From: an uncultured Candidatus Saccharibacteria bacterium
Lineage (GTDB): Bacteria; Patescibacteriota; Minisyncoccia; Phycocordibacterales; UBA2100
Reading direction: 5' to 3'
Assembly: GCA_964604085.1 (NCBI GenBank)
Contig: CAZRXN010000002.1
Coordinates: 5,508 to 42,657 of the forward strand
Length of the DNA stretch: 37,150 bases
The number at the start of each line of letters is the position of its first letter. Position 1 is the first letter of the stretch. This document shows, piece by piece, positions 26,263 through 34,625 of this stretch. The notes under the pieces were generated by a model. It saw nothing but the letters and a program-made list of their open reading frames with translations. It did no database searches and had not been told where the DNA came from. The position numbers were made by a program, and so were the translations under genes.

Positions 26263-26886
26263 TTATACGGATATTTCGGCGTTTTGCAAAATATCCGAAG
26301 GTGCGAGGAGGCGGGTGCAGAATGTCGTTCGATGGAGCGGGCAAAAGCCGAAGCGGGCGATGCGCGCACGGTGCGACGGCGTTCCGTACCCCTTGTGCAC
26401 CTCAAAGCCGTAGACGGGGTACGAGCGCGCGAGCCGACGCATGTACCTGTCTCGCAGCACCTTCGCGACGATGCTCGCAAGCGAAATGACGGGTTCCTGC
26501 TCGTCCCCGCGGATGATCGTCCGCTGCGCGCCATAGGCGGCGGGCGCGCGCAGTCCTCCGTCGAGACGCACCTCGCACGTCGCAGGGTCCGCCGACACGC
26601 GCTTCAATACCCGCGAAAGGCTCGACCGAATAGCCGGGACGATGCCCTGCTCATCGATCACCACAGCCGAGGAGAACGATACTCCGAAGGAGAGGAGTCC
26701 GGATTGGTTCAGTTCGCGAATGCGACGGTACCACGTTTCGCGCGCCTCCGGGGAGAGCTGTTTGGAGTCGCGCACGCCGCGAACCAGCTCAAAATCGAAC
26801 GAGGCGGGGATGAGCACCGCACCAACGGCTACCGGCCCCGCGAGCGGCCCTCTGCCCGCTTCATCCACACCCACGAGGTACTGCAC
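26263..26886 (-). CDS. rnhB: Ribonuclease HII
   Basis: ORF 26263..27198. VGVDEAGRGPLAGPVAVGAV, DSKQLS, SIVAKVLRD and GYGT motifs. Start placed at GTG 26886 because TGGTATGAT lies 6 nt upstream and because ATG 26964 would overlap the divergent dnaE start. The start is uncertain. Confidence 0.8.
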   Translation of the reverse strand: MQYLVGVDEAGRGPLAGPVAVGAVLIPASFDFELVRGVRDSKQLSPEARETWYRRIRELNQSGLLSFGVSFSSAVVIDEQGIVPAIRSSLSRVLKRVSADPATCEVRLDGGLRAPAAYGAQRTIIRGDEQEPVISLASIVAKVLRDRYMRRLARSYPVYGFEVHKGYGTPSHRARIARFGFCPLHRTTFCTRLLAPSDILQNAEISV

Positions 26887-26892
26887 CCGCTC

Positions 26893-26928
26893 ATCATACC
26901 AGAGCGAGTCCCGACCCCTTGGTATACT
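26893..26928. promoter_or_regulatory. Back-to-back divergent extended -10 elements (rnhB and dnaE)
   Basis: Minus strand: TGGTATGAT (26893..26901), 6 nt before GTG 26886. Plus strand: TGGTATACT (26920..26928), 6 nt before dnaE ATG 26935. No SD on either side. Confidence 0.5.
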
Positions 26929-26934
26929 TGCAGC

Positions 26935-29900
26935 ATGTCGCGCGCGCGTTTCGTACACCTCCATACCCACTCTCACTACTCCCTTCTCGAAGCGCTCCCG
27001 AAGATCCCCGAGCTCGTTTCCGCTGCAAAAGAGGACGGCCAGAGTGCGCTCGCGCTCACGGATAACGGCAATCTCTACGGCGCGATTGAATTCTATAAGG
27101 AGTGCCTCAAGCAGGAGATGAAGCCCATCATTGGCGTCGATTTTTACGTCGCACCCCGCACCCGATTGGATAAAGAGCATCGGGTCGACGAGCACCACTC
27201 ACGTCTGGTCCTACTCGCAAAAAGCGCGGAGGGGTATGCGAATCTCATCCAGCTAGTCTCCGCCTCCTACCTTGAAGGATTCTTTCACCGGCCGCGGATA
27301 GACCGCGAGCTTATCGAACGGCATCGGGAGGGGCTGATCGCGATCCTCCCGGCATTCGCGGGCGAGCACGCGCGTGCCGTGCGCGACGGCCAAGCACGGA
27401 AGGCACAAGAATCGCTCGCATGGTACGCACAAATCTTTCCCGACGAGTGCTTTGCGGAAGTAACGCGGCACCCGGAGATAGAAGGCAGCGAAAAGGATAT
27501 GCGCGCGATCGTCGCGGCGGCGCAGAAAGCGGGAGTACCGCTCGTCGCCTCACACGAATGCTATTACCTGAAGCAAGACGAAGCACTCGCGCGGGAGCTC
27601 GTCGTCCGCATCAGGGAGGGCGGCGTGCTGAATCGAGAGTGGGGCGATGCAGTCCACGACTTTTCATTCAAAGGAAGCGCCGCAATGGAAGCGGCATTCG
27701 TGGACCTTCCGGAAGCGATCGAGAACACGGCGAAAATCGCGGACGCCTGCGCGCTGGAGCTCACGCTTGGAAAGGCGATTTTTCCCGACTTCCCTATCCC
27801 GAAGGGCTCGAGCGCCGACGCCGAGCTGCGCGCAAGGGCGGAGCGCGGTATCGCGGAGCGCGGCATGGAGAACACGCCAGAGGTACGAGCTCGCATCGAT
27901 CATGAGCTCACGATCATAGAAAAGAAACAGTACGCATCGTACTTCCTGATCGTGGCCGATCTTCTCGCGTGGGCTCGCGGCGCGGGAATCTATACAAACA
28001 CGCGCGGTTCGGCTGCCGGGTCGCTCGTTTCCTATCTGTGCGGCATCACCACCGTGGATCCGCTCGCCTTCCGCATGCCGTTCGAGCGGTTTCTCAATCC
28101 CGAGCGCCCTTCGGCACCCGATATCGACATGGATATCGCCGATAACCGCCGAGACGAGCTTATAGATTACGCGCGCGCGAAGTACGGCGAAGATCGCGTC
28201 GTGCAGATCGGCACGTTCGGCACAATGCTGGCACGAGCAGCCGTGCGAGACGTCGCGCGCGCACTCGGACACTCATACGGAACGGGCGACCGGATCGCCA
28301 AGCTCATCCCCTTCGGCAAGCAAGGGTTCCCCGTAACGATCGCCGGTTCGCTCGAATCGGTCCCCGAACTGAAAGAGGCGTACGACATGGATGCGGATGC
28401 GCGCGAGATCCTCGATCTCGCGCGCAAGATCGAAGGCAACGCCCGGCACGTCGGCGTCCACGCCGCGGGCGTCGTGATCGCGCCGGAAGCTGCGACACGC
28501 TACGTCCCCATCCAGCTCGACCCGAAGGGCGGCAAGACGATTACGCAGTACGATATGTACTCCATCGCCGACGAGTACGGCGGAGTCGGGCTCCTTAAGT
28601 TCGACTTCCTCGGTCTTAAGAACCTCTCCGTGCTCGCGGACTCCGTCGCGCGCGTCGAAGCGCGGCTCGGCGAGCGAGTCGATCTCGATCGCATCCCGCT
28701 CGATGCGCCCGCCGTGTATGAGATGCTCTCGCGCGGCGAAACGCTCGGCGTATTTCAAATGGCGGGCAGCGGCATGACGAGCTACCTCAAGGATCTGAAG
28801 CCCACCGTCATACACGACCTGAACGCGATGGTCGCACTCTACCGCCCCGGTCCGATGGCCTTCATCCCCGAGTACATCGAGCGCAAGCGAAATCCCGCGC
28901 GCGTGCGCTACCTTGACCCGCGCCTCGAGAGCATACTGAAGCCGACCTACGGCGTGCTCATTTATCAAGATGACGTCATGACGATCGCGGTAGAGCTCGC
29001 CGGCTACTCCTGGGGTGAGGCGGACAAGCTCCGCAAAGCGATGGGTAAAAAAATACCTGAAGAGATGCGCGCGCAGAAGGACCGCTTTCTCAAGGGGTGC
29101 GTCGAGCGCGGCATGACGGAGAGCGTCGCAAAGCAGCTCTGGGAGCAGATCGAGACATTCGCCGCGTACGGTTTCAACAAGGCGCATGCGGCGAGCTACG
29201 GAAACCTCGCTTACAAGACCGCGTACATGAAGGCGCTCTATCCGGTCGACTACATGGCGAGCGTCCTCTCGGCAGATGCGGGCGACGTGGAGAAGATCGC
29301 CGAGATCGTGTCGGAGTGCGTCCGCATGGGCATCACCATCCTGCCGCCGTCCGTCGAAGAGAGCCGGGGTACATTCACGGTCACGGACGATCGGACGATT
29401 CGATTCGGCCTGTATTCGATAAAAAATTTCGGCACCGGCGTCGCCGATTCGATCATCGCAGAGCGCGAAGCAAACGGACCGTTTGCCGACCTCGCGGACT
29501 TCCTCTCACGAATAAGCGACAAGAATCTGAATAAGAAAGCACTGGAATCGCTCATCAAGTGCGGCGCGCTCGACCACTTCGGCGAGCGGAACCTGCTCCT
29601 CGCCAATATCGAGGCGCTCCGCGCATTCCATAAGGAGCACACGCAAGCGCCAAGCGATCAGGTATCGCTTTTCTCCGGCGCGCTTCCACGCGATATGAAG
29701 CTGACACTCCCCGAGCGTGCGACGCCCGCCTCACTTGAGGAGCGGCTCACCTGGGAGAAGGAGCTGCTCGGCTTCTACATCTCCGGTCACCCGCTCGATC
29801 GGCACCGGGAGAAGCTCGGGCGCGCCAAAGACATCAAGCACACGAAGGAGCACCTCCGCGGCGCAGAGACCGTGATCGCCGGATACATCGAAAGCGTGCA

Positions 29901-30105
29901 AACGATCCTCACGAAGCACGGTGATCGAATGGGATTTCTCAAAGTGTCTGACTATTCCGATGGGATAGAAGTCGTCGCTTTTCCGCGCCTTTTGAAGGAG
30001 CACGGCGAGCTACTCGTGTCTGGCGCCTGCATTATGCTAAAAGGAAAGATCTCCGAACGGAACGGCGAGCCAAGCTTTGTTGCGGATAAAGTGAAGGCGC
30101 TATAG
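26935..30105 (+). CDS. dnaE: DNA polymerase III alpha subunit
   Basis: ORF 26284..30105, start ATG 26935 (MSRARFVHLHTHSHYSLLEA, PHP domain). Polymerase core with FDFLGLKNL, YRPGPM and GFNKAHAASY. Clamp-binding-like QVSLF. Ends right after the OB fold, so there is no long C-terminal tau-binding region. Confidence 0.95.
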   Translation: MSRARFVHLHTHSHYSLLEALPKIPELVSAAKEDGQSALALTDNGNLYGAIEFYKECLKQEMKPIIGVDFYVAPRTRLDKEHRVDEHHSRLVLLAKSAEGYANLIQLVSASYLEGFFHRPRIDRELIERHREGLIAILPAFAGEHARAVRDGQARKAQESLAWYAQIFPDECFAEVTRHPEIEGSEKDMRAIVAAAQKAGVPLVASHECYYLKQDEALARELVVRIREGGVLNREWGDAVHDFSFKGSAAMEAAFVDLPEAIENTAKIADACALELTLGKAIFPDFPIPKGSSADAELRARAERGIAERGMENTPEVRARIDHELTIIEKKQYASYFLIVADLLAWARGAGIYTNTRGSAAGSLVSYLCGITTVDPLAFRMPFERFLNPERPSAPDIDMDIADNRRDELIDYARAKYGEDRVVQIGTFGTMLARAAVRDVARALGHSYGTGDRIAKLIPFGKQGFPVTIAGSLESVPELKEAYDMDADAREILDLARKIEGNARHVGVHAAGVVIAPEAATRYVPIQLDPKGGKTITQYDMYSIADEYGGVGLLKFDFLGLKNLSVLADSVARVEARLGERVDLDRIPLDAPAVYEMLSRGETLGVFQMAGSGMTSYLKDLKPTVIHDLNAMVALYRPGPMAFIPEYIERKRNPARVRYLDPRLESILKPTYGVLIYQDDVMTIAVELAGYSWGEADKLRKAMGKKIPEEMRAQKDRFLKGCVERGMTESVAKQLWEQIETFAAYGFNKAHAASYGNLAYKTAYMKALYPVDYMASVLSADAGDVEKIAEIVSECVRMGITILPPSVEESRGTFTVTDDRTIRFGLYSIKNFGTGVADSIIAEREANGPFADLADFLSRISDKNLNKKALESLIKCGALDHFGERNLLLANIEALRAFHKEHTQAPSDQVSLFSGALPRDMKLTLPERATPASLEERLTWEKELLGFYISGHPLDRHREKLGRAKDIKHTKEHLRGAETVIAGYIESVQTILTKHGDRMGFLKVSDYSDGIEVVAFPRLLKEHGELLVSGACIMLKGKISERNGEPSFVADKVKAL

Positions 30106-30117
30106 AGTAGATGAACT

Positions 30118-31869
30118 ATGGCGGACGGCGACGCACTTGCGCATACGCGACACACACTTGCTCATCTCCTCGCCGCCTCCGTTCGCGAACACTATCCGGA
30201 CGCGAAGTTGACCCTAGGACCCGCGATCGACACGGGATTTTATTACGACATAGATTTCGGCAGCGAAAAGATCTCCGATGAAGATCTCTCGAAACTCGAG
30301 GAGACCATGCGCGCGCTCCTTCCCACGTGGGACGATTTTACCCACCGAGAAGTATCGAAAGAGGAAGCGCTCGCACTCTTTGCCGGGAATCCCTATAAGG
30401 AGGAGCTCATTCGGGAAATAGCGGATCGCGGGGAGTCCATCACGCTCTATACGTGCGGCAATTTTACCGACCTGTGCCGCGGCGGCCACACGGAGCACCC
30501 CTCGAAAGAGATCAAGCCGGATTCTTTCAAGCTCGACCGCATTGCGGGCGCATACTGGCGCGGCGACGAAAAAAATCCCATGCTCACCCGCATCTACGGC
30601 CTCGCATTCAAGACGAAAGCTGCGCTCGACGAGTACCTCGCGATGCGCGAAGAGGCCTTACGCCGAGACCACCGGAAAATCGCTAAAGAGCAAGACCTCC
30701 TGATTTTTTCGGACCTGGTCGGAAGCGGCATGCCGCTCTATACGCCGCGCGGCAATCTCGTACGTGGCGCGATCGTTGCCTACTCGCGCGAGCTCAACGA
30801 GCGCCTCGGCTTCGGAGAGGTGCATACGCCAAACATCAACAAAGCGGAGCTTTTCAAGATTTCCGGCCACTACGATCAGTACAAGGACGACATGCTCTCG
30901 GTGAGCTCCCAGTACGTAGCCGATGAAATGTTTCTCAAGCCCATGAACTGCCCGCAGCACACGCAAATTTACGCCTCGCGGCCCCGTAGTTATCGCGACC
31001 TCCCGCTCCGATACGCTGACTTCGCGAACCTCTATCGCGACGAGCGCCCCGGAGAATTATCGGGACTGACGCGTCTGCGCGCGTTCGCGCAGGACGACGG
31101 CCACATCTTCTGCCGAGTTGATCAGATCGAGGAAGAAGTCTCGGAGGTGCTCGGAGCGATTCAAGACGCGCTCGCTACATATAAGATCGACTATTGGATG
31201 CGGCTCTCGCTGCGCGATGAAAATAATACGGCGAAGTACCTCGGAGACGATGCGATCTGGCAGTCCTCACAGACGATCTTGCGCGACCTTTTGCAAAAAA
31301 AGAAAATCGAGTTCAAGGAGGCGGAGGGTGAAGCGGCTTTTTATGGCCCAAAGATAGACATCATGGCGGTGGATGCCCTCGGAAGAGAGTGGCAAATTTC
31401 GACGGTGCAACTCGATTTCAATCAGCCGGCCCGCTTCGGACTCACCTACGCGGATTCCGACGGCTCGGAAAAAATTCCGGTCATGATCCATCGTGCGCTT
31501 ATTGGCTCGCCCGATCGCTTCCTCGGCATTCTTCTCGAGCACTATGCGGGAGCACTCCCCACGTGGCTTGCGCCCTATCCAGTGCGCATCCTCCCCGTAT
31601 CTGATAAGCATGCTTCATACGCGGGAGAGGTCCGCGCATTTCTAGGTGAGCGCGGTATTCGGGCTGAGCTCGACGATTCGAACGAGACACTCGGCAAGCG
31701 GATCCGCGAGGCAAAGCTCGCGAAAATTCCCTACGTGCTCGTCGTCGGTGACACCGAAGTTGCGGCCGGATCCGTCACCGTGGAGAGCCGAGACAAGGGA
31801 AAGATCGGCGCACGCTCGAAAGAGGAGTTCGCGGACGATCTCATTGAGGAGATTCGCACGCGCGCCTAG
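30118..31869 (+). CDS. thrS: Threonyl-tRNA synthetase lacking the N-terminal TGS domain
   Basis: 583 aa. Begins in the editing/SAD region (HTRHTLAHLLA, H-x3-H). Class II core with FLKPMNCPQH, RYADFANLYRDERPGELSGLTRLRAFAQDDGHIF and FYGPKID, followed by an anticodon-binding domain. Confidence 0.93.
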   Translation: MADGDALAHTRHTLAHLLAASVREHYPDAKLTLGPAIDTGFYYDIDFGSEKISDEDLSKLEETMRALLPTWDDFTHREVSKEEALALFAGNPYKEELIREIADRGESITLYTCGNFTDLCRGGHTEHPSKEIKPDSFKLDRIAGAYWRGDEKNPMLTRIYGLAFKTKAALDEYLAMREEALRRDHRKIAKEQDLLIFSDLVGSGMPLYTPRGNLVRGAIVAYSRELNERLGFGEVHTPNINKAELFKISGHYDQYKDDMLSVSSQYVADEMFLKPMNCPQHTQIYASRPRSYRDLPLRYADFANLYRDERPGELSGLTRLRAFAQDDGHIFCRVDQIEEEVSEVLGAIQDALATYKIDYWMRLSLRDENNTAKYLGDDAIWQSSQTILRDLLQKKKIEFKEAEGEAAFYGPKIDIMAVDALGREWQISTVQLDFNQPARFGLTYADSDGSEKIPVMIHRALIGSPDRFLGILLEHYAGALPTWLAPYPVRILPVSDKHASYAGEVRAFLGERGIRAELDDSNETLGKRIREAKLAKIPYVLVVGDTEVAAGSVTVESRDKGKIGARSKEEFADDLIEEIRTRA

Positions 31870-32429
31870 CGGCGCAAGCCGAATCGCCGCAGAGCGCGCA
31901 GCATCTGTGCGTACAGTCCGCCGCGCCAAAATACAATCAGGTAGGCCCCTGCGATAGAAATGGCGATAAGACCTGCCCAGTACAATGCGTTGCCTATCGG
32001 CCCGAAGTCGAAACCCGTATAGGGCAAACTGGAGACCGAAATTGTCGTACTCGAAGCGGTGCTCCTGCACACGGTCTCACCGGCCTGCCCTACCGCCGTG
32101 AGCGTATATACCTCAGTGGGGCTTGCGACCGCTCTCGTGCCGGAAAGCGGTACGGGGCCTATACCGTGATCGATCGAGGCCGATGACGCGTTTGCCACCG
32201 ACCAGCCGAGCACCCCCGACGCGCCCATGTCCCGCATTTCGATATAGCACGCAGGTACCGACGTACTCGTAGAACTGGCGGTCGTGCTAGCGGAGTCTGC
32301 ATGTACGACTGCTCCCGAACCGACCAGCGCGAATGGAACAGCCTCGAAGAAAATGACTGATCCGGCGACGATCGCGATAATGAATCCTATCTGCCAAAAC
32401 CTCGCAAAAAATTTTTGTATGCTTTGCAT
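31866..32429 (-). CDS. Surface/membrane protein, short paralogue (one Cys-bracketed repeat + PYTG C-terminal module)
   Basis: 187 aa. N-terminal hydrophobic anchor, one repeat unit (C61 ... C121) and the C-terminus SLPYTGFDFGPIGNALYW + TM + RRFGLRR. Its stop overlaps the thrS stop on CTAG (31866..31869). Confidence 0.65.
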   Translation of the reverse strand: MQSIQKFFARFWQIGFIIAIVAGSVIFFEAVPFALVGSGAVVHADSASTTASSTSTSVPACYIEMRDMGASGVLGWSVANASSASIDHGIGPVPLSGTRAVASPTEVYTLTAVGQAGETVCRSTASSTTISVSSLPYTGFDFGPIGNALYWAGLIAISIAGAYLIVFWRGGLYAQMLRALRRFGLRR

Positions 32430-32496
32430 ACCCGCATAAAAGATTTGGTTAATGTGACCATTTTCATGCTCCCTCGTGAGCGCTCCATGAAAGCGA

Positions 32497-32524
32497 AAGC
32501 GGCGGCCCTTAAGGGCCGCCGCTT
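32497..32524 (-). terminator. Hairpin terminator downstream of the 667-aa gene
   Basis: Stem AGCGGCGGCCC (32498..32508) / GGGCCGCCGCT (32513..32523), loop TTAA, with T/A runs on both sides. Confidence 0.7.
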
Positions 32525-32543
32525 TTAATCGCCGTTACTCTTC

Positions 32544-34547
32544 TTAACTTCTATGAATCACGATGCGCGGCGCTTCGCCTCCCTTAGAAGGAATCATGCG
32601 CATGACATCGGCGAACTGCGCGCCATAGGTTCGGCTCCCGGCCGTGCGAAGGGCCTGCGGAATCCGGAATTCAGTCGCACTCTTCGCGTACGCGCGCGCC
32701 GTGCTTGCGATGGTGGCGCGGTAGTAGACTCCAAGGTAGAGGCACGCTACCGCGAGAGAGAGAATCGAGAGCCAGTAGGCTGCCGAGCCGATCGGTCCGA
32801 GGTCGAGCCCCGTATAGGGAACCTGCGTCAGGGAGATATACGGCGGTACCACCGGCGGAATGTACTGCTCCGTGCGGCAGGTTACGCTCTGCCCATTTGT
32901 GCCGTACGCGGTCATCGTGTACTGGGTGTAGCCACTAAGCTGCACGCTTCGCGATCCCGAGACGGCTACCGAGCCGATGTTGGAGATATACGCGGAGGTC
33001 GCGTTTGTCGAACCCCACGAGAGCGTCGCCTGATTGCCGTACCCATACTGATTGTAGTTCGATAGCGTGATCCAGCAGCTCGGGCCGGGCGTGTACGTGT
33101 TCACGTAGATCGTCGTGTGGCACTGCGCGCTCTGCCCGTTGTACCCGTACACCGTGAGCGTGTAGGTGGTCGTCGTGTTCGGGTAGACACTCTGGCTGCC
33201 GTTTACGCCGACGGACCCTATGTTGGTGAGGTAGGCGGACGTGGCGTTCGAGGACGACCAAGAAAGGTACGAGCTGCCGCCCTGTGAAATCGAAGTCGGG
33301 TTCGCGTAAATGCTGCACGAAGGCGTCTCGACCTGATTTACGTAGATGCTGGTCTGGCACTGCACGCTCTGTCCGTTCGTGCCATACACCGTGAGCGTGT
33401 ACGTTTTCGTGTGGTAGATGTCGTTCACCGTGCGCGATCCCGAAAGACCCACGGATCCGACACCGCCATCGATGAATGCAGAGCTGCCGTTCGTGGACGT
33501 CCACGAGAGCGTCGAGGAGCCGCCGTACTGCACGGAGCTCGGGTTGGCATAGATCGAACAGGTCGGCATTTGCTGCACCTCCACAACGATCGTGGTCGAG
33601 CACTGCGCCGTACCTCCCGGTCCGGAAATCGTCAACGTGTAGGTGCGCGTCGAAGTGAGGTTGTCCACGGTGCGGGAGCCGTTCAGCGAGACGGAACCGA
33701 TGCCGTGATTAAGGGATGCCGAAGTCGCGTTCGTAGACGTCCAAACGAGCGTGGACGCGCCGCCGTACTGCACCTGCGTAGGATTCGCGTAAATGGTGCA
33801 CGAGGGCGTCTGCTGTATTTTCACGATGATCGTGGTCTGGCACTTCGCGACGCCGCCCTGGCTGGTGACGGTGAGCGTATAGGTAACATCGCCAGTCAGA
33901 TTCGAAACCGTGTGCGAGCCGTTCTTAGAGACAGAGCCAATGCCGTGATCCAGCGATACCGAGGTGCCGTTGGTGGAGGTCCACGTAAGCGTAGACGAGC
34001 CGCCGTACTCGACGACACCAGGATTCGCCGAGAGCGTACAGCTCGGCTTTTGCGGCGGCGGGATTACGGTCACTTTGACGCTGCAGTCCTCGTCCCCGTC
34101 ATCGTTTGAGACGGTAAGGGTGTAGGTCGTAGTCGTATCCGGGGAAACGACACGGGATCCATCGTCCGGCACGTTCCCTATCCCATGATTGATGAATGCA
34201 TCGTCCGCGTTGGTAGATTCCCAGATCAGCGTCGTAGTCTCGCCCTTCACGATCGTCTTGATCGAGACGTCTATGTCGCAGGAGGGCGGCTGCTTCTTGT
34301 GGAAATTCCAGCCACCAGGGTTGAAATCGCCGCTGGAAGAGCCGTCGCCGCCAGAGCCGCAGCAGTCGCCGCCGCCGCCGCCATCACCACCGTCGGCGTG
34401 CGAGAGCAGTACGCCAATCGAAAGCGATCCGTCCTTCCCATGTTCAATGGAAAACGGCATCGCCATCGCAACAGAAATCGCGAGTGCGGCAGAGCCGATA
34501 ACGAAACCGATAACCCAGTAACGATTGAAAACGCGGCTGATAGACAT
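32544..34547 (-). CDS. Large surface protein: N-terminal anchor, Gly/Asp-rich DCC segment, six Cys-bracketed ~80-aa repeats, PYTG C-terminal module
   Basis: 667 aa. See the repeat feature. C-terminus LTQVPYTGLDLGPIGSAAYW + TM + about 58-aa tail ending GGEAPRIVIHRS. Confidence 0.8.
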   Translation of the reverse strand: MSISRVFNRYWVIGFVIGSAALAISVAMAMPFSIEHGKDGSLSIGVLLSHADGGDGGGGGDCCGSGGDGSSSGDFNPGGWNFHKKQPPSCDIDVSIKTIVKGETTTLIWESTNADDAFINHGIGNVPDDGSRVVSPDTTTTYTLTVSNDDGDEDCSVKVTVIPPPQKPSCTLSANPGVVEYGGSSTLTWTSTNGTSVSLDHGIGSVSKNGSHTVSNLTGDVTYTLTVTSQGGVAKCQTTIIVKIQQTPSCTIYANPTQVQYGGASTLVWTSTNATSASLNHGIGSVSLNGSRTVDNLTSTRTYTLTISGPGGTAQCSTTIVVEVQQMPTCSIYANPSSVQYGGSSTLSWTSTNGSSAFIDGGVGSVGLSGSRTVNDIYHTKTYTLTVYGTNGQSVQCQTSIYVNQVETPSCSIYANPTSISQGGSSYLSWSSSNATSAYLTNIGSVGVNGSQSVYPNTTTTYTLTVYGYNGQSAQCHTTIYVNTYTPGPSCWITLSNYNQYGYGNQATLSWGSTNATSAYISNIGSVAVSGSRSVQLSGYTQYTMTAYGTNGQSVTCRTEQYIPPVVPPYISLTQVPYTGLDLGPIGSAAYWLSILSLAVACLYLGVYYRATIASTARAYAKSATEFRIPQALRTAGSRTYGAQFADVMRMIPSKGGEAPRIVIHRS
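32841..34286 (-). repeat. Six tandem coding repeats (~80 aa each, beta-sandwich/Ig-like by pattern)
   Basis: Units start at PSCDIDV, PSCTLSA, PSCTIYA, PTCSIYA, PSCSIYA and PSCWITL. Each carries ...STL-x-W-x-STNA-x-SA...IGSV...GS-x-x-V...TYTLTV...C. Confidence 0.85.
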
Positions 34548-34590
34548 ATACGATTTGAATAATTTGATAAATAGTACGTAAGGTTGGTTC

Positions 34591-34615
34591 GGAAGCGGGC
34601 AGACTGCCCGCCTCC
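34591..34615 (-). terminator. Hairpin downstream of the small secreted-protein gene (weak terminator candidate)
   Basis: GGAAGCGGGCA / TGCCCGCCTCC arms with one G-U pair on the minus RNA. No clear U-run follows. Confidence 0.3.
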
Positions 34616-34625
34616 GAAAAGAGAA

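Noticed and set aside
26253-26534. Upstream extension of the rpmF ORF (25971..26534)
   Set aside because: It overlaps rnhB coding in another frame. Canonical L32 begins at ATG 26252.
26284-26934. 217-codon N-terminal extension of the dnaE ORF
   Set aside because: It is antisense to rnhB and has no similarity to DnaE. The PHP domain begins right at ATG 26935, which has an extended -10 box 6 nt upstream.
26887-26964. Longer rnhB starting at ATG 26964
   Set aside because: It would overlap the divergent dnaE start by 30 nt and add about 26 non-conserved residues. GTG 26886 has the recurring extended -10 geometry. I have not fully excluded this start, because leaderless GTG starts are unusual.
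28273-29187. 304-aa minus-strand ORF
   Set aside because: It is antisense to the dnaE polymerase core.
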